Source: Podarcis vaucheri
Lineage: Eukaryota
NCBI GenBank assembly: GCA_965113315.1
Contig: OZ220377.1
Length of the DNA: 64,000 nucleotides
Strand: one strand, 5' to 3'
Below the pieces are notes generated by a model. It had not been told where the DNA came from and made no database searches. It saw nothing but the letters and a program-made list of their open reading frames with translations. Shown here one piece after another: positions 10,091-23,800 of this stretch (position 1 is its first letter; each line of letters begins with the position of its first letter). Made by a program: the position numbers and the translations under genes.

Positions 10091-13000
10091 CTCTTGATGG
10101 ATGTAGAGTCTTCAGCACAGAGCGCTTTGACACATGCTGTCCTCTGGAGCAAGAGGCAGGGAAGTACTCTGTCAAAAAGTGCAATGCCCTCCAATATCTT
10201 AACCAAAGGGTTGAGGCAGTGGTTGGCTTGCGTGATTTTGGGTGAAATCCTTCCCTTCTCCTCACGGTTCAGATTCTGATAATGAGCCATTGGGAGTGAT
10301 AGCTAAAAGGGGTAAGGGTTGAAGGCTCCCAGAGGGAGGTTGATCCCTTAGAATTGGTTGTTTGCCTTGTCATCTCGGCACTGGTGTCCCTGACACACTC
10401 ACTTATTCTGACAGCTGCTAAGGTTGTTGTTTTTTTAAATTAAGAAGCAAGTTATTTAAATTCTTCCTAAGCTCTACGCTTACAGCAGATAGATTGCATC
10501 CAAGGAGAGAATAAGTCTCCTAACATAGTCCAAGGGTGGCTGGTGTAATAGCTGGTTATGTCTGAAGCCATTTAAGGGGGAAATAAGGTGGTCTTTGCCT
10601 TGCAGTGTTCAGAAGTCCAGTTTACCCCCCTTTTTTAAAAAAAAGAGGGCATAAACAAGCTATGAGGAAGCAAAGGTTGCTGGCAGCTTCTTGCACCTCT
10701 TGTCAAAAAGCTGTTTGTGGCTCATTGTTAACTTAGCTTCTAGGTGGGAATGGCAAGGCAGGTTTGGGGGTTCTCCTGCTTCTTCTTGCTCCCCTTTTCC
10801 CACTGAACATGTTGTCCAAGTCCATCTTGTGCATTAACTCCACTATTCAATCCCTTCACCATTCAGTGTGCTTTCAGAGAATGCTACTTGGGTGTGGGGG
10901 AGCAAGGCGCGAAGGAGGAGGAATTGCTGCCTGGAAAAGACAGCTTACCCTAGAGATGCTCTGCACATTTTGCTGTTGACTTGTTACCCCCTACCCATGA
11001 ACAGTACCTGTGCACAGTAAAAGCCTGTGATCAGTAGGGCGGGCAACAAGGATGGAGCAGCTTTCTAAGCTCATGGTGAGGTTGAAATTTCTGTACCTGC
11101 AAACCACTGCATCCTTTGAAGTCTGATGGAGTGGACAGCTGCCCCACTTTTGCAGCCATCATTGCTGATTCCTACTCAACTCTTGGTGGCATTTGTATCT
11201 TTTACCTCTTGTTTTTGAGGATTGCAGCTCCATTTGGCAGAGACCTGCCAGGAGCCTGTGACTTAGGTGAGGCCCTATTGACTGCGGTATTCCCTGCTGA
11301 ATTCATCTGACTGGTAAAATATAAAATCTCCACTAAAGGCTGCTAACTGGTGGGCTGTAAAAAAATAAAATAAAATAGCCCACTTCCCCTCACATCTCTT
11401 CAGTAGGTTTAAGCCATCGTAAATGTCTTTTGACCCTTGCAAAGAAGAGCAATGTTCTTGTCATGCAAGATCATTTTTCCTTGTGGTCTCACCTGTGGAC
11501 CAAAGGCTGGGCCAGTGTAGCATCTCAGTCTATGATATTTAGAGGGTGTGGTAACATGTGGAAGGGTGAGAAGATGACTGCTTGGAAGGGCGTCAGAAAC
11601 ATCTCTGTGCTTTGCCCCCAAGACGTGTGCTGGATGCAGACGACTGCTTTGACAGAAAGGGACCTTCACCTTTCTTTGCCAGGTTCCTTCTAGCAGTGCA
11701 ACACTTGAAGAAGTCCAGTGAGGAAGATGAGTAAATATTATGGTAGAATGATGACAAAATGAATCTCTTTCCCCGGACAAAGCCGAAGTATTAATATTTC
11801 AATACCTCTAGGTTGTAATTTCCTACAATTTAAGAAGATTGCTCTGTGAGAACTCGAAATGTGTTTTCTTCAGCGCTGGGAACACAGACTGTGCATCTTC
11901 GCTTTGGTGCTGCTTCTGTTGCCATCCCATCCTCCCTTCTGTACCAGTGCCGAAGGTTGGGTCTAAATTAATGCCTTTGATATGTAGGTTACAGCCAAGG
12001 ATTGTGACCAGATGCCAGAAGTGATTTCTGTTTTAAAAATATTGCAAGGCTATTTCTATGTTTTTAATCTCTCCTGGTGATTTGGAGGCAGTTTTATGAA
12101 ACATGGAATTAGGATGGTGCTCACCGTTAAATGGTAAAGGAGATTAGATGGATTTAACTCTATGCGTCTGTCTCATAACTACTACCAATCCCATAACTTC
12201 CATTTTCTATTAAAAATCCATTCCGCCCCTTTTGACCTGCAAAAGCTTTACTAGTAATTTGAATTCCTCTCCTTATTTATGAGGATTTCCTCCCCTCTTT
12301 TTCCCCACCCCCATATCTGTGCAACTAACCTTAACATGGTGAGTAGGGTGGGGGACTCACTGCAGAGAAAATGGTTATCTCCCAAGGGGTTGCTGCTCAT
12401 GGGAGCACTGAATGCAGTGGTGAGAGAATGGGGGTCCTCCTACTGGACCTGAGTGGGCTTTGCTAGCAGCTGCATGAACATGGCTGCCTCCTCTAAGGGC
12501 CCCATTTTGACCCTTAAAGCCATTCTTGCAGTGAGCCCAGATTTCTGTAAGCCAGGACCAGGGCTGTGTCTGTTCTTCCCAGTTCTGTGACCCGAATACA
12601 TTATGCAAATATTTGCTTGGCTGGCATAATTCTGTTTCTGGCAGGAGGTACGCAGAGCTTGTGTATTTATTTATTTGTTATGAAGATTTATATCCTGCCT
12701 TTCTATAATATATCCATAGTGGCTTATTAGCAGGGCTGAAATAGAAACACAATAGTAAAACAACAAGATGAAATGCTGTATCAAGTAACAAAGCTTCAGA
12801 GCTTTGATTGCTGAAAGTCCAGCTCTTCCCGCCTCCTCTGTTCGAGCTTATCTGCTAGAAATGCCTCTCTACTCTCTTACCAAAAATCTGCAATTCTTAG
12901 GATGCTGAATTTTATGTCTTGCACCAAATCCCACTTTTGCACAACTGGGATTCTTTTTAACAAAACAGAAATGCTGGACTAGGTTGATCGAGATTTGATC

Positions 13001-15684
13001 TATGAAGTGCTTATTTTGGTCTTAGGAAAGAGGGCAAACATTGTTAGCCATTGGAAGGATAATGTGTATTCACTCTACCTCTGTAAAACTCACACATGTT
13101 GGCGGGCCAAGGAAATTCTTGTAGGGGAAAAAGCAAGAGAAAAGGGGAAAAGAAAGCAAACCAGGGATGGAGTTCCCTCACTTCATGGTTGAAGCAAAGC
13201 TGTGGACACCCTGGAGTGGAGAGGGACTGCCAGACAGTGTTCACACAATAATGGACTAGATGGTTGTTTTCTGACACTCTTCTAGTTAAATTTGCTGTTA
13301 TGTAGTTGTGATGACCCTGAGTTGATGGTGAGGAGAGACGCAGGAACTCAATGGGTAGCATGTCTTAGGTATCGTGGTAGCAGTAACTGGGAGCTGGCTT
13401 GTGCCTCTTCCCTATTGGCAAGGGCCTGTGGTGAGTGTGTGTTGTCTGCCTGGAGTTTCAGAGAAGGGGATCCTTGTGTTTGGGTTTTGTCCTGGGGAGG
13501 CTTGGAATGAATCTAGCAGAAGCATTGTTTGGGCCATAACGAAGTGCCTCCTGTGGGCTGGTAAATAGCGGGAAATGGTGTAGCACATCTTGTCCCCCCA
13601 AAAATCTTCTCTTGCAGCAGAGTGCCTCCCCACCCCAGCAGTTTTGTCAGGCAGATGTTTGTATCCAGAGCAAGGAGCTTATTCTGAGAGAGGGGCGGGT
13701 GTGTGAAGAGCCTTTCCATCGCCTCCTGTGGCTCCATTCAGACAGTTTTTGCTGTCTTGCAGCTCTGTTAACTGCTTCCTTGTTTCTAAGAGATGCACAT
13801 TAATGTGCCTGTACTATGAAGTAATTAAAACATTCTAGATATTATTTTTCTAATGCCAGCCCAAGAAAGCTGCGTGGTATTTGGACCCATGGTATTAGAA
13901 GAGGAGACGGCTTCTGAATATTCACCATCATGATGAAAACAAAAATATTTTTTCCCATCTTGCTTAGCGTTTACGGTCTCATCCCTGCTTTGTGTTGAGA
14001 TGTGAATTGCTGTGCCCAATAAGGCTTTAATAGCCTTTCCTCAAATGAGCAGTTGGGATGGAGGCATCCTCCCTGGAGGGGCTGGTGGTGGTAAAGTGGT
14101 CTGTTAAGAATATTAATAGATGAGCCATTTTTTGCCATTCGCTGCCATTTGTCTCCCTCCTGCACCCCCCCAAGCAAAAAAAAAAAAATACTGGGGAAAA
14201 TTGAGGTTGTGGAAGGTCCCTTGTGACTTTGTCCAAAGCGATAGTGCTTTTTCCTTCTTTGCATGGTTGTAGGCGCAGCTGGGAAGGTGGCTGGGCTCTG
14301 AGCCCGAGGAGGAGCTGCTAATTCCCTGGCACAGATTGCTCCGTCCTCGATCTTTGTCCTTCCACCTACTTAAAAGTAGCACAGCTAAAAAAAGGAGTCA
14401 AATCTGAATGGCTTTGGGGACCTCCAGCTGATTCTCAGGAAATATCTGGCCCCATCCAAGCACATTGCAGCCTCCAGCATGTATATAGGTGTTGGTGTAG
14501 GTGGGTGTGCTTGTGGCCCTTGCAGAGAAGACAATAGTGCTTCTTTCCCCCAAGTAGGGTGCTCTTGCCCATATCTGAGATTTAGGCACACTGCCCCGTA
14601 CCCCGTGAATGGCACAGTAAATGGTAGAAGTGACACCAGAGCAACTGACTAAGCCTTCCTTGTTGGGGTGGTGGTGGTATCAAGAGGCTTCCTGCTGGAC
14701 ACTGGAGGGCAGCACAGAGGCCTGGCAGATCTTGAAAAAGACACTGGAGGGAGATGTGGGTGTAATTGGCTGAACTGGCTTAACCTAGATCCTTATTCCT
14801 GTGCATGATATTCCTGTGCAAGAGTGGGGTGGGGAGGTCCTTGTCCCTCAACTCCTTCCATTATCTCTTCCCAAGCTACCCTCCACCTGAGCAGCTGTAG
14901 ATGTTTCCCTCCTTTGATAGCTATTGTACCCTTGAGCAGTGATTCTTCTGAAAATCTTCATCAGTTTTCTCTCTCCCCTCCCCCTGGTATATGTGCTAAG
15001 TTACACATGTTCTCAACAACATGACAAATTGGATAAATGGGAAGCTCAGTTCTACCACTCATGGTTATGTGAGATTCATTAAATTGTTTGCTGAAATGTT
15101 TAGGGTTTTTTTTGTTTTTTTAATGGGTTTATTCTTTCTGTAAGAGGGCTGATGGAAAACATCACAGGGATCTGGAGTATGTACTTCATGAAGTCCTGGC
15201 TGCCCAGTCAGTTATTGAGTTTTGAACATTTGGCAGATACTTCCTCTGAAGGCATTTCAGAAGCTGCTGTCCTTGTGGTTTGAGGGATGCCTGCTGAAGC
15301 TTCTGATTCTGTGGTTCTTGTCAATAATTGGGGCTGTAAATCCTGCCCCCAGAGGGCAGACCTCCTGGCATAGCCAAACAGCCTCATTCTGATGTGGCCT
15401 TGAGGGTCTGTTTGGCACTTGTAAGCCAGGACCTTGTGAATTTGCACTGGGCTCTGAAACGGAAGTTTAGCAGGCCTCTGCTGGCCTTGCCTTTGGAGAA
15501 GGTGTCTCAGCAAGTATTCCTAGAAAAGAGCCACTGTCTCATTTCCTTGGTGCTGTGGGTGAGCTAAGGTAGTGGAAGTATCCAGTGGCAATGACTGGGC
15601 TGGCTTTTGGGATTTGCATGAGGGCGCTCCTGGCACCACTCCTCATAATGCTTGATCTCCCATTTTCTTTCCTCTCCTCTGCAG

Positions 15685-16002
15685 CGCATACAGAAGATGT
15701 TGGAACCAGCCTCTACTTTGTGAACGACTCCATTCAGCAGGTGACCTTCTCCAGCACTGTGGGGGTGGTAATCCCCTGTCCAGCAGCAGGGTCCCCCAGC
15801 GCCACCCTTCGCTGGTACCTCGCCACTGGGGATGACATCTATGATGTCCCACACATCCGTCACGTCCATGCCAATGGGACGCTGCAGCTCTACCCTTTCT
15901 CGCCATCTGCCTTCAATAGCTTTATCCACGACAACGACTATTTCTGTACTGCAGAGAATTCTGCGGGGAAAATCAGGAGCCCAAATATCCGGGTTAAAGC
16001 AG
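15685..16002 (+). CDS. DSCAML1: DSCAML1 coding exon 2 (Ig domain 1), 318 nt
   Basis: Polypyrimidine tract and CTCTGCAG| acceptor. Translates (A)[105 protein letters not shown], nearly identical to DSCAML1 as I recall it and distinct from DSCAM. Donor CAG|GTATTG, phase 1-1. Confidence 0.97.
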
Positions 16003-17461
16003 GTATTGGCTGACTGGCTGCTCTGGGTCTTGTCTTCAGTATGGTTGACTTCACTTGTAGCGGAGGGAGGATGGTGGCAGTCTTTGGGCCTGTGCCCAGT
16101 TACTTTTTTAGCAGAACATAGACAGCTGTGGCTGTGTTTGGTCCCAGACAATCAGGAATATTTTCTAGGAGAGGTAAATGAGTGTCTGTTGGATGATTGT
16201 CTGAATGCTGACTTTTGAATTTCAGAGAACTCTTTGTTATGCTGGCTTCTTTAGACACTTTGAATGAAACCTTTTGGTGAGGTCTGAGCTGGGCCAAACT
16301 CCTGTCACCTGTATAGGAAATGTTCCTTTGCAGCCATCCTACTTGCTTTGTGAGCTGCAGCCTAAACAGGCTGATGGCTAATTAAGCAGAGGAAAATGAT
16401 GAGCAAAGTAGCAGCGCTCTTCTGGTCAATGATTGTCAGAGACTGGGTGGGCTGAGTACCCCCAGTGGTTCCATTAGGTAACCTATTAAGCATTGGACTA
16501 GCAAAGTGCATACTACCCCAGGGACCAAAGGAGCTTTCTTCCTTCATTGCCTTGCAGCAGTGTAGACTGACATTAAATATCCAGAAGTGAATTATTTACC
16601 CGAATTACAGCATTGGTTATAATATTGGGGAGGTGCAGGGCGAGAAGAATGTAAGGACAGAACTTAAGGGCACGGGTTGCACTTGGCCAGAGGAGCATTC
16701 AGAATTCTCTTTATGCATTGGTTACCTCCCTGCTTGTGGCTCACACCTGTGAGTGCTGAAGGAGCAATGTGGGAGGGAGGATACAAGTTGGACCTTTTTA
16801 TGGCAGATGCTTACTTCTTCCCTAAACCAGTAAGGACTCTTTTCTGGTTGACATTTTACCTTTGTGACTCTGAAGAAATGGGACTGGTAGTTTTTCCTTC
16901 CAAATCCACAGCTGGAAATAGGCCCTCCCAGGTGTGGAGGTGGGTGGGCAGGCTATGGTTTCTGCTATGGGTACTCCCCCCCCCCCGAGTGCCCTTGTGG
17001 GCTGTTGCCGGGCCTGGGCAACACCACCTCTTTCTCCTGCAGTTGTCTGTGGTGCCCTTGGTTTAAACTGCATGTTTAGGACGACAAGCGTTGATCAGCA
17101 GTTTCTTTTTGGTGGCTTCAGCATTGTAAAGTATTACTTTATAAAAGACTGATTTGGATTCTGAATATCTTAAAGGGCCTTGTTGGGGAAATCCACCTGT
17201 TTCTGAATGCCAAATATCAATTTGCATTCTAACACATATTTCCCAATGGGAAGGGAAGGGTTGAATCATTGAACCCTTAACTCCTCTAACATTTGTTACC
17301 AGTTACATCTTCTGGCTAACTTGAGGGTCAAATATCCCTCTTTCCCTGTGGCGTATTATACAATTACGTGAGGTATGAAGAGAAAAGCTTTTCTCTCTTT
17401 CTCATATAGTACTGGAACCTGAGGGGATCCATTGAAGCTGAACAGAGGACAAGGCACAAGA

Positions 17462-17963
17462 GGAACCACTTCTTCACACAATGCGTTGTTAAAACTATGG
17501 TTTTTGCTGCCACAAGCTGTAGAGATGGCCACCAACTTTGGAACACATAAGTCTTCAAAAGGAGATTAGATATATTTGTACAGCATAAATCTCTCAAGTA
17601 ACGGTATCTATATGCTACCTGCAGTATTGGAAGCCGTGTGCTCTGAATGCCAGTTTCTGGGGCACAGCATCAGCAGGAGGCTGTGACGTTTATGACCTCC
17701 TTGTAGCCTTTATTTCACCTGGGTCAAAGACCCAGTTTGGCACCCCCCCCATGCACATTTGTGCAAACACATACACACAGGCTGGGAGCCTCAATGGTGA
17801 CCCTCTGGAGGCTTCACCTGGGGCAAAACCCCCATCTAGCCCCCTCCTCCCAGGTACATCTCTGCTTTGGAGCATTTTCTGGCTGTAGTGAGAAGCAGGA
17901 TGCTGGACTAGATAGGCCCCCTTTGGTCTGATCCAGCTTCTGCCGGACACTTCTTATGTTTTT
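17462..17963 (+). mobile_element. CR1 LINE 3' fragment
   Basis: CTTCTTCACACAATGCG...AAAAGGAGATTAGA (end of ORF2) and the tail CAGGATGCTGGACTAGAT..GGTCTGATCCAGC..TTCTTATGTT shared with 54655-54950. Confidence 0.7.
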
Positions 17964-18895
17964 CATACATTGTATGTAGGCTGCCTTTGAAGGTTGTCTA
18001 GAAACTTCAGAATACAGCTGCAAGATTGCCCACGAGCTGTAGTAGGAACAGGTCTCACACTAGTGCTTCACTGGCTCTCAGCCTGTTTCTGGACCCTATT
18101 CAGAGTGTTGTTTTCCACCTTTAAAACCTCTTGATAACTTGGGACCAGGATCCCTGAAGGATCAACTGTTTCCCCATGTACCAGTCTGCACACCAAGGAC
18201 TTTGCAGGAGGCCTTTTTCTGGTGGTCCTGCTGAGTGAGGTGCAGCAGGTGGTTCCTGAGGAAAGGAGACAGCAGCACAGAGAGTCTTGCCTTCACTTTA
18301 CTTTGTTATCGTTTTGGCTCCTGGTCTTATTTCCCCAGGCCTTTTAATCTCTTCTAGATTCAAATTGTTTTTTTTTTTATCCCCCCCGTTGTCTTATGCT
18401 GATTTAATATGTTTTGTGGCTGATAGTTATTATTTTATGTGTTTTGAATTTTTACTCCTGTTGCAACTTGGCTGTAGGGCATTATATACTTAAAATAAAT
18501 TTTAACTGCTGGTGTTCGTTCTTCGACCAGCTTTCAGCATATGACAGGATAATTTATTTTCTGCACTGTGATACTTTGTGCCTTTGTTTTACTGAGGTTC
18601 TTGTTTGTTTTACTGGGTTTATTGTGTGTTAGGCTAGGTGGCGGTTTGTTGGCTCTGGAAAAACAGCTGGTAATACATCCTGCCCCAATGCACAATGCAG
18701 GCCAAAGTCTCTGGGCGCTTCTTGGAGGAGTGCTCCCAATTGAAAGCCACGTGCGAACCTGGTGTCATGTGTGCTGTAGGATGGATGACTGTGCAGGGTT
18801 GTGAACAAAGGGGATGAAATTCTGCTTGAAGTGCAGCAATGGCTTCTGGTTTCCACTCTGTCCCAATCACCACCTCCCTGTTTCTTTCTCCCCAG

Positions 18896-19042
18896 TTTTC
18901 AGGGAACCTTACACAGTCCGGGTGGAGGATCAAAGGTCAATGCGTGGAAACGTGGCTGTTTTCAAGTGCCTCATCCCTTCTTCGGTGCAAGAATATGTCA
19001 GTGTTGTGTCCTGGGAGAAAGACACGGTTTCTATCATCCCAG
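18896..19042 (+). CDS. DSCAML1: DSCAML1 coding exon 3 (N-terminal half of Ig2), 147 nt
   Basis: Acceptor TTTCTTTCTCCCCAG|. Translates (V)[48 protein letters not shown]. Donor CAG|GTAAGA, phase 1-1. Confidence 0.97.
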
Positions 19043-21384
19043 GTAAGACAGGAGGCATTGCTGCCCCTCACCCCCTGGTCCTGCTGCTTCCTTTCTTCTA
19101 TCACATGATATCTGTTGTCATTCTATCTCTAGTGATCCCTGGCCAAGGGGCACAATGGATGCTGGCCAAGTCCCAATGCCAATGGGGCCACAAGAGTGCC
19201 CCCCCCATGTTTTTTAGGAACAGGGCCCCAGGGTGGATTCCCTCCTTCCCAGAGCTGGGCTGCCTCTGCATTTAGTCAGCTCTGTAAGGCCCCTTAGAGC
19301 TTGGATCTGGGGGCTATGGTGGTGGACTAGCTGGTGCCACGCTCATGCAGAGAGATGAGGGGAATGTGAGGAGGTGATAGTCTTGCTCAGACCACCAAGA
19401 AGAGACTGGCTGCTTATCCAGGCCAGCATTCTGTTCTCAGAGTAGACAACCAGATGCCTCTGGGAGGAGGCCTGCAGGCAGGACCCAAATGCAGCAGCTT
19501 GAGCTCCTCTCCCTGCCTGAGCTTCCCAGCAACTGGTCTTATTATACTGAGACATGCATTGGCTGATGCCTTCCTCCCTTCAAGATAGTGCCCTTAAGCC
19601 AAACAGGAGCCACACAGAACCAAAGATTGTGTTTAGCCTGGAAGTGCCTTAGAATGAAATCCATCAAATGGTTGGGGATGTTACTTTGAATTGTTCTTGG
19701 AAGTAAACACTCAAATCAAAGAATCTGACTTGTGTCTTGCAAGACTTTAATTGGTCTTTAAAGGCTATCTGGAGAGAACATTTGACCAGCCCGCCTCAAA
19801 GCCCTACTTCTGCAGAGACTGCCAGGGTTTGGGCAGACCCAGAAGAAGGAGGGGGGGGTGCACCAAGGATTGCGAAGGGAGATCCTCCTCCCCCTCTTTG
19901 ACCTTTTCAGTGCACACTCTGTATTATTAGAAGGAAAAGAAAACTGATTTTATAAATTGCTCATTGATTTGAGAGCAGTGCTTGCCTGAGGCAGCGTCTG
20001 CTTTGGTCTGTTGGATAATTCTCCTGCGCAGCTTCTGTGTTGGCTCCCGAAAGCTGGGATGAGCTTTCTGGGGAGCACACACCATGTGGTGATATGCTGT
20101 TATTTTGGTTGCATTTCTGGAGTTGAGGTTCCATATTAGAAGACTAACCCAATCAGAGAACAGGCATAGAAACTGTGCCCTGATTTCCAGAGGGCAGAAC
20201 ATGTAATGACTGCAAAAACTAACTGGGAGAGAGAGAAACTATTGATTTGTTCTCATGGAAGAACCACCTAGCCATAGTTCAAAGCCTTAGAAATGCAGTG
20301 AGATTCACCAGCAAGTTCTCATCTTATACCTTGTGTTGCATCTTCCCTTTGAGAAGGCTGCCATTTGAGTAGAGGGACTTAAGGACAGTGGGTAGGAGAG
20401 GGTAGCTGAAATGCTCTTCTCTGTTGCTGTGTTTCATGACTGCTTTGTGTCCATTTGTTCCCTTATTATATAAGGACTGTTCTTTCTGGATGATGTAGCT
20501 ACAGACATTGAGGTGCTATCTGATGCTGCCTCTAAGTTTCTTTAGTGTGAAACCATCTTGTGAAGCTGCTTTCTCAACTCTCCTGCTAGATCTTCCTGAG
20601 CTGAAGTGGTTAAGGCTGCTGTTGTGAGCCTTGAGTACTGGTGACTCAGAGGAGCCTGAAGGACCTGGGGGAATGGGCTGCTGCACCCTAGCAGACCTGA
20701 GACTATGATAGGGCCATACAGGCTATCCAGAGAGCCCTGCCTTTGTAAGCCAGTAGTGTTTGGCCAACCCTGCAAAGACTTGGCAAGGGCTTTGCCCCAA
20801 GGCCTGTTCATTGCTGCTGGATGTTTGTCCTTGCAAGGGTCAAGAAATGCCTCTGGTCTCAAAGCTGCCTTGCAGAAGCCTACGGTGGAAGCTGAGAGTA
20901 TTGGATGTGATGCCCGAGACCTCAACACTTTTTTGTTGTTGGAGACCTAAACTGTGGGTGTTTCCATGGGCAGGCAGTGTACTCAGGTTTTTCCTGTTCT
21001 TGGGGAGTGAACAGGCCTCCTTGCAGAGAGAGAAGCCTGTTTTCTTTCCTCTGCTCAGTAAACTTGAGCAGTTGCTAGCAATCTCCTTATCCCTGGGTGG
21101 GCTGTGCTTCTCACAGTGGTTGGGGTCCTCAATGTTCCAAGCAGCAGTGGGATTGCAAGAGGGGCTTGTGGTAGAAGGGGTGACATCATACTGTAGTGTC
21201 TGCTATTGGGTTGCTCTGAAACCTCTTTGGAAGCAGAAACATACAGTGGCTGCTCCCCTATGTATGTTTGCATTTTTCTGCATGAGAAACACCTAATTCA
21301 GGTTTATTTGAATGCTGTCTTTCCAATCCCTTACTCCTTCTTAAGACTTTTACAAGATGCAGGAGTAGTGGACTTCACCACCAC

Positions 21385-21385
21385 A

Positions 21386-21418
<33 letters not shown>
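21385..21418. repeat. (CA)n microsatellite
   Basis: Visible directly in the sequence. Confidence 0.95.
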
Positions 21419-21420
<2 letters not shown>

Positions 21421-21435
21421 ATCCCCATCCTTGTG

Positions 21436-21535
21436 TTTACCATCTAACTCGATGTAGAATTATGGAGAATTTGAAAGTTTGCACACAATTTTGTGACATT
21501 TTGTTTGGCCAAATAAAGGTATTGCCCTAATGTGT
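21436..21535 (+). mobile_element. Degenerate Penelope-like element tail
   Basis: GAATTATGGAGAATTTGAAAGTTTGCACAC...TTGGCCAAATAAAGGTATT resembles squamate Penelope termini (decayed hammerhead-like core plus AATAAA). Confidence 0.4.
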
Positions 21536-22069
21536 CTATTTGAAGATAAAACCACTCATATCCAGTAAGACCTGTAAACAGTTGGAGCAGTTAGTATGAA
21601 GTTTCCAGAACATGGAGTGTGAATGTACTCATTCCATGATAATATGCATTCATTGCTAGGTGCAGACACATTTTGGGGAAGCTGTACCCAAGACATTGTC
21701 TCCATGCCATCCTTGTTCCACACTATTAGCTGTCTTAAGCGCATTCTGCAGGATTGGTTTTAATCCATTTTGTGTTGAGAGCATTTGATGCACACTACTA
21801 TGTAAACTCGGCCACACAATACAAATAGTAATTCCTGTTTTTAGCAACTTTATTACGTGAATGTATGCACAATTGCAAAGCCCTATGTATAAGACGGCTC
21901 TGTGAAAAAAAGAGCCTCGTGCATTCCTACATGTGTACATAGGCATGATCTAGTTTGGTTGTTTGGGATTCGTTTCTGTTCTTGTGGCCAAAAGAAGTAG
22001 ACTCGGTTGTTGCAGGAGGTTCAAATAAGTGTGCATTTGGTTCTTGCCTAATTACTTGTAGCTGGAGAA

Positions 22070-23560
22070 GACTATGTGAGTCCAGGAGGTGATTAATGCC
22101 TCCTTGTAAATAGCAGTCACTTCAGCCTTGAAGGAGGAAGTTGTTTGGTCTCTCCTTAAAAAACCCTCTCTGGACCCGGAAGACTGCAATGTTTATCACC
22201 TACTCACAAATATCCACTTTTGGGCAAAGGGCTTGAGTGGGTAGTAGAAGGCTTACTTGTATGCTGCTTGGATCACTTTTCGTTCCTAGTGGTTTACCAA
22301 ACTTCTTAATGTATACAATGGATTACCTACACATCCATTTCAGTTTCGTTTCAGGATTGACGTCAATGCCAAAACCCTGATGGATGATCTTTGTAAGGAG
22401 AGAAACAGGGAAAGTGTGACCTTGTGAATTCTCCATGATATATCAACACCTTTTGATACCATGTGGAAGGCATGGTGATACAGTGTTTCTGCTCCTACCT
22501 GCACTGTAGGTTCTATAAATTAGTGATGGAGGATTCCTGCTTGAAACCATGACCCTTGTATCATGAGGGTTCTGCAGGGATCCACCTTATCCTACACACT
22601 CCTCAACATCTGTGTGAAGCCTCTGTGCTTCAAGTATTTGGAATGCAGAGCTTTCAGTATGTTGATGGCCCTCAACTCTGTTCCTTCTTGTTGGGTGAAG
22701 GCTATGAATATACCAAACCAGTGCCTAGGTACAGTAGTGAGCTGGATGAGGGGTAAGAAACTGAAGCCGGGATCTTTTGATAAAGGGCAGTATATAAATC
22801 AATTAAATAATCATCATAAGCTGGATGCTGATATGATAGAGGCACTGTGAATAGTTGGTTCTCAGGCTAGGGAGATCCATGGTTGCCTTCTTTTGAACAA
22901 AGTTACATTGGCCATGAAAAAACAAGTGCACAGTTTGAGGGTACCCATAGAATCAATGTTGTCATCACTAGAGACCTAGGTGGCCTTGGTGACACGGAGT
23001 GCTTTGGTTAGTCCACTAACTGTGAACACATCTGATCCATGCTCTGGAAACCTTCTGGAAGGATCACTGCAATTTGTTATATGGGGCTGCCATTGAAGAT
23101 GACACAGCAGCTTCAACTGTTGCAGAATGTGGCTGAATGCAGAAGGTGGTACTATCTGACTTATATACATTACATTAATTTGAAAGAAGCTCCCTGGCTT
23201 CCTTTTAGCTTCCGAGCCTAATTCAAGGTGGTGTGCTTACTATTAAGGTCCTAAATGGCTTTCAATGCAAAGACGCGAAGCAGTGGTTCTTCCCCTATCA
23301 GCCTGTCTGTGTCTTGGGAACTTCCGCCAAAGCTCTCTTTTAGGGACCTCCTTGCTCTGAGATCCGGAATGCAGCAACAAAAGAAAAGGCCTTTCTTGCA
23401 GTGGGTTCCCAGCTGCAGAACATCCTCTCTAGAGAGGCTCACCTGGCACCAACATTGCTATCTTTTCAGTGTCAGTCAAAAATGTTTATTTCTCCCTGGG
23501 CATTTTAATCGGCTGTGAATTAATTTTATGGATTGTATTTATTGCTTTATGGTTGTACTG
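22070..23560 (+). mobile_element. Degenerate L2 LINE reverse-transcriptase region
   Basis: Frameshifted remnants read INASL, ALKE..V..LLKKPSLDPED, ..GKGLEWVV and PFQ..FR, followed by L2-like 3' motifs (QLLQNVA, WLPFSFRA). Confidence 0.75.
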
Positions 23561-23704
23561 TTATATTTATTGATTGCACATTGCCCTTGTACATTCAATC
23601 AAAAAGAATGAAGGGCAGTATAAATACGTTAAAACAAATAAATGCTTGGCTCTGTTCCCAGGAACTTGTGTGATGAAACAGTGTCTAGGGCAACCTGGGA
23701 CTGA

Positions 23705-23800
23705 CAATGAGGGCCTCCAGAGGTTGTTGGACTCCAACTCCCTGGCCAACAGGGCCAATGGTCAGGGGTGGTGGGAGTTGTAGTCCAGCAACACCTACTA
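23705..23800. mobile_element. Decayed copy of the 136-bp palindromic hAT MITE family
   Basis: GGCCTCCAGA.GTTGTTGGACT.CAACTCCC...CAATGGTCAGGG.TG.TGGGAGTTGTAGTCC aligns to 36525-36660. A further decayed copy lies at ~47925-48020. Confidence 0.6.

Noticed and set aside
15528-15556. REST/NRSF RE1 site upstream of exon 2
   Set aside because: Only split, imperfect half-sites with non-canonical spacing on the minus strand.
15585-16013. ORF-track 142-aa protein, and the 153-aa ORF at 18814-19275, as standalone genes
   Set aside because: They are DSCAML1 exons 2 and 3 plus read-through into flanking intron. Splice sites define the real boundaries.
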